Origin: Chromera velia
Lineage: Eukaryota
Length of the DNA stretch: 56,163 nt
Direction: 5' to 3'
NCBI GenBank assembly: GCA_018398765.1
Contig: JAHBMJ010000131.1
Span: 1-56,163, forward strand
The notes under the pieces were generated by a model. The model saw only the letters and a list, made by a program, of their open reading frames with translations, had not been told where the DNA came from and searched no databases. Of this stretch, positions 53,960 through 56,163 are shown in pieces (position 1 is the first letter of the stretch; each line of letters starts with the position of its first letter). Position numbers and translations under genes: made by a program.

Positions 53960-54112
53960 TCAATCTGATTTTTCAGATTTTTCTGTTAGATATGTCCGTC
54001 TGATTTTCTGGACCCGTCTGATTTTCCGGACGTGTCCGATTTTCCGGACACGTCCGATTTTTTAGACACGTCCAATTTTCTAGACGTATCCAATTTTCCG
54101 GATATGTCTAAC
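53960..54112 (+). repeat. Degenerate tandem repeat of about 18-20 bp (GTCCGATTTTCCGGACAC), likely a transposon subterminal array
   Basis: Repeated GATTTT(CC/CT)(G/A)GAC units followed by AT-rich sequence. Confidence 0.7.
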
Positions 54113-55686
54113 GCCTGATCCAGCGGCCTTGATCATCTTTCTAAGTGGTCTCAAGTTATGATTTTGCATGCAATACTTACTGTATCGAGCATGCTCCTAG
54201 GTGTGCTCCGATTGAGCTTAAACTCGTTTGAATCCCGTTCCTGTAATTCTATATTTATTTATTTCTTTATGATTATAATCAATATATTTAATTCATTTCT
54301 TTTTCACTTCTTCTTTATTTCTAAAAACAATTATTCACTAAATCTTTCTAAATAAATCTATTTTTTTTTTTTTAATTATTTTTTTTATCTTTCTTTTAGA
54401 CTAAGTACTGTCTTTATTTTTACTAGCTGATCAATAATTTAATTCATCTATATTTACTAAACTAATTTAATAATTTCTTTACTTTTAAACTAAGACCATT
54501 AGCGATTTCCTCTGTATATTTCTAAGAGTCTAAAGTGCAACGGAACACGTCCCCCTTTCTTAAGACCGCAGTCCCTGGCAGTTTAAAATAAAAGCGCAAT
54601 CAATAACCGGTCTGGTGATTCAAAAAACTTGACTAAGAAACTTGAACAACCCACTGAAATAAAGCACTTCACAATGATGAGAACATTGATCAACGCCAGC
54701 TGCATGCCAATCCATAGAGCAAAGCACTGTAACCATAAGGTGGGACAAGATTCATGCATGCAACCAAACTACCAGGGCAAAATTGTGAAGCTGTAGCGCA
54801 ATCCGAACATAACAAAGATGCACACCACTAAGCAGCCGCACCCAACAAGAGACCGGCACTGTAACGGAACACACAACCGACAGAACACACGAAACGCAAA
54901 GCATACACAACGCTTCTTGAAACAATGGAACACACATCCCCCTTTCTTAAGCCTCTTTTATCACGCCTTTAGCAGAAATCAGGATCAACAACTTGCCTTC
55001 CCTTTTTCTTTCTGACCAATTGTCGACGACCTTTCTTTAGGCTGAAAGGCCACTGGCAAGACAAAAATTGGAAAAACTAACGACCGGAAAATCTTATCAA
55101 CACAGGAATGAGTAAGTCCAGGAATGAGTAAGTCAACCACACTTTTTTACTTATTCTCTTTCCTATCTCACTCTCTCCATACGTACAAACACTCCATAAC
55201 AGAATGCGAGAAAGGCAGGAGAAGAGAAGACGAAGACGGAGGAGACAAGGAAGACTAGTGGACAAGCAAACACATTGTCAAGATTCAAAACGAGCCGATT
55301 CATCCTTCCGATCTCCCTCTCCGTTGACATGGCTTGACACGAGCAAACCCCTTTCCCCCCCCTAGAGCAGGAAGAGAAGAATAGATCCACCATTCAGTGG
55401 CATTCACTGGTGTATAACAGCGGCAACATCTCATGCTTCCAAAAGAGCAACAGAAAAGAATGTATCAAAACATGAAAAGAAAGAACAAAACTGTCCTTCA
55501 GGGACCTTTCTCATCTGCAACAACCTCCTTGTCATGAAGAAGACAACATGACGGAGTAAGAGAAAGATGGTGAAGGAGAACAGACGGGGAAAAGGAATCT
55601 GAAAAAAAAAACCAAAACGATCAGAGAAATGATTGGTCGCTCAGACCTCTCCTCCGAGGTTGCAGTTTGTGTTGTTCTCATAGATC

Positions 55687-56163
55687 TCACTCTCCAATAC
55701 CGGTGTGGACGCTGGGCTTGAAAACGATCTTTTTGTTAGTCTTCTTAGCGATGTGGATCGAGGGCCTACTCGTAGCGGGAGAAGCAGATGCACTCGAGGC
55801 CGTGCTCTCTCGAGTCCTCTGACAGAGTTGGCAAAAATATCGACCCTCATCCTCCAGCTCGTCGAGAGTCTCAAAGGGCAGTACTTTCCTGAGGACTCCC
55901 ACCCCTAGAGCCGGGTGGAATTGGTCCACAGGACACTCGCAGAACCCCGGAAGAGCCTGCACGTACACCCCCCGGTGGTTCGAGACCTGCCAGCCCGGTT
56001 GGACTTGCCCAAGGGGGGTCCTCCACCCTGGCCCGAGAGGCAGCTCATCAAGAAACAGGCCCGTGCCTGGATCGATCTCCCTGTCAGAGTTGATGGTGGG
56101 GAAGTCGAAGGGCGGAGTCAGAGAGGGGTGAGGAGTTCCCGGTCTGCCAACGGGACTGCCTCC
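55687..56163 (-). CDS. Partial exon of a hypothetical protein running off the window edge
   Basis: The frame is open from the window end through ...QALPGFCECPVDQFHP...RYFCQLCQRTRE..., with coding-like GC content and paired Cys motifs. Confidence 0.45.
   Translation of the reverse strand, partial: GGSPVGRPGTPHPSLTPPFDFPTINSDREIDPGTGLFLDELPLGPGWRTPLGQVQPGWQVSNHRGVYVQALPGFCECPVDQFHPALGVGVLRKVLPFETLDELEDEGRYFCQLCQRTRESTASSASASPATSRPSIHIAKKTNKKIVFKPSVHTGIGE

Noticed and set aside
54537..54951. Direct repeat of about 28 bp (GGAACAC..TCCCCCTTTCTTAAG) as an LTR pair
   Set aside because: Too short, with no TG..CA ends, PBS or PPT.

Overview
Intron-rich, microsatellite-rich eukaryotic DNA. The frequent GTCAGT/GTGAGT splice donors, the (TTCC)n/(AGTC)n/(TG)n-filled introns and the apicomplexan-like proteins suggest an alveolate such as Chromera; this is inference only. 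Recognisable spliced genes are a 5-exon GST-fold EF1B-gamma-like gene that lacks the EF1G C-terminal domain (4149-7172), a large C-terminal SET/post-SET lysine methyltransferase with an NHS->NCS motif change (14389-25764), an atypical MAPK-like kinase without TxY whose 3' end forms an inverted repeat with a paralog fragment (33606-35631, minus), and a complete RPL23/uL14 gene (47020-47784). Several hypothetical multi-exon genes are also present. The intergenic space is a nested transposon landscape. It holds two copies of one LINE family, a head-to-tail stack of 3' ends of a second LINE family, a decayed RLE-type retrotransposon, a 2.6 kb Mutator-like element carrying intron-containing cargo, and a foldback MITE. 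It also holds four insertions from three families that share unusual 5'-CTAG...CTAG-3' termini with 8-bp target site duplications (TSDs). Most ORFs in the supplied track are microsatellite or antisense artefacts.
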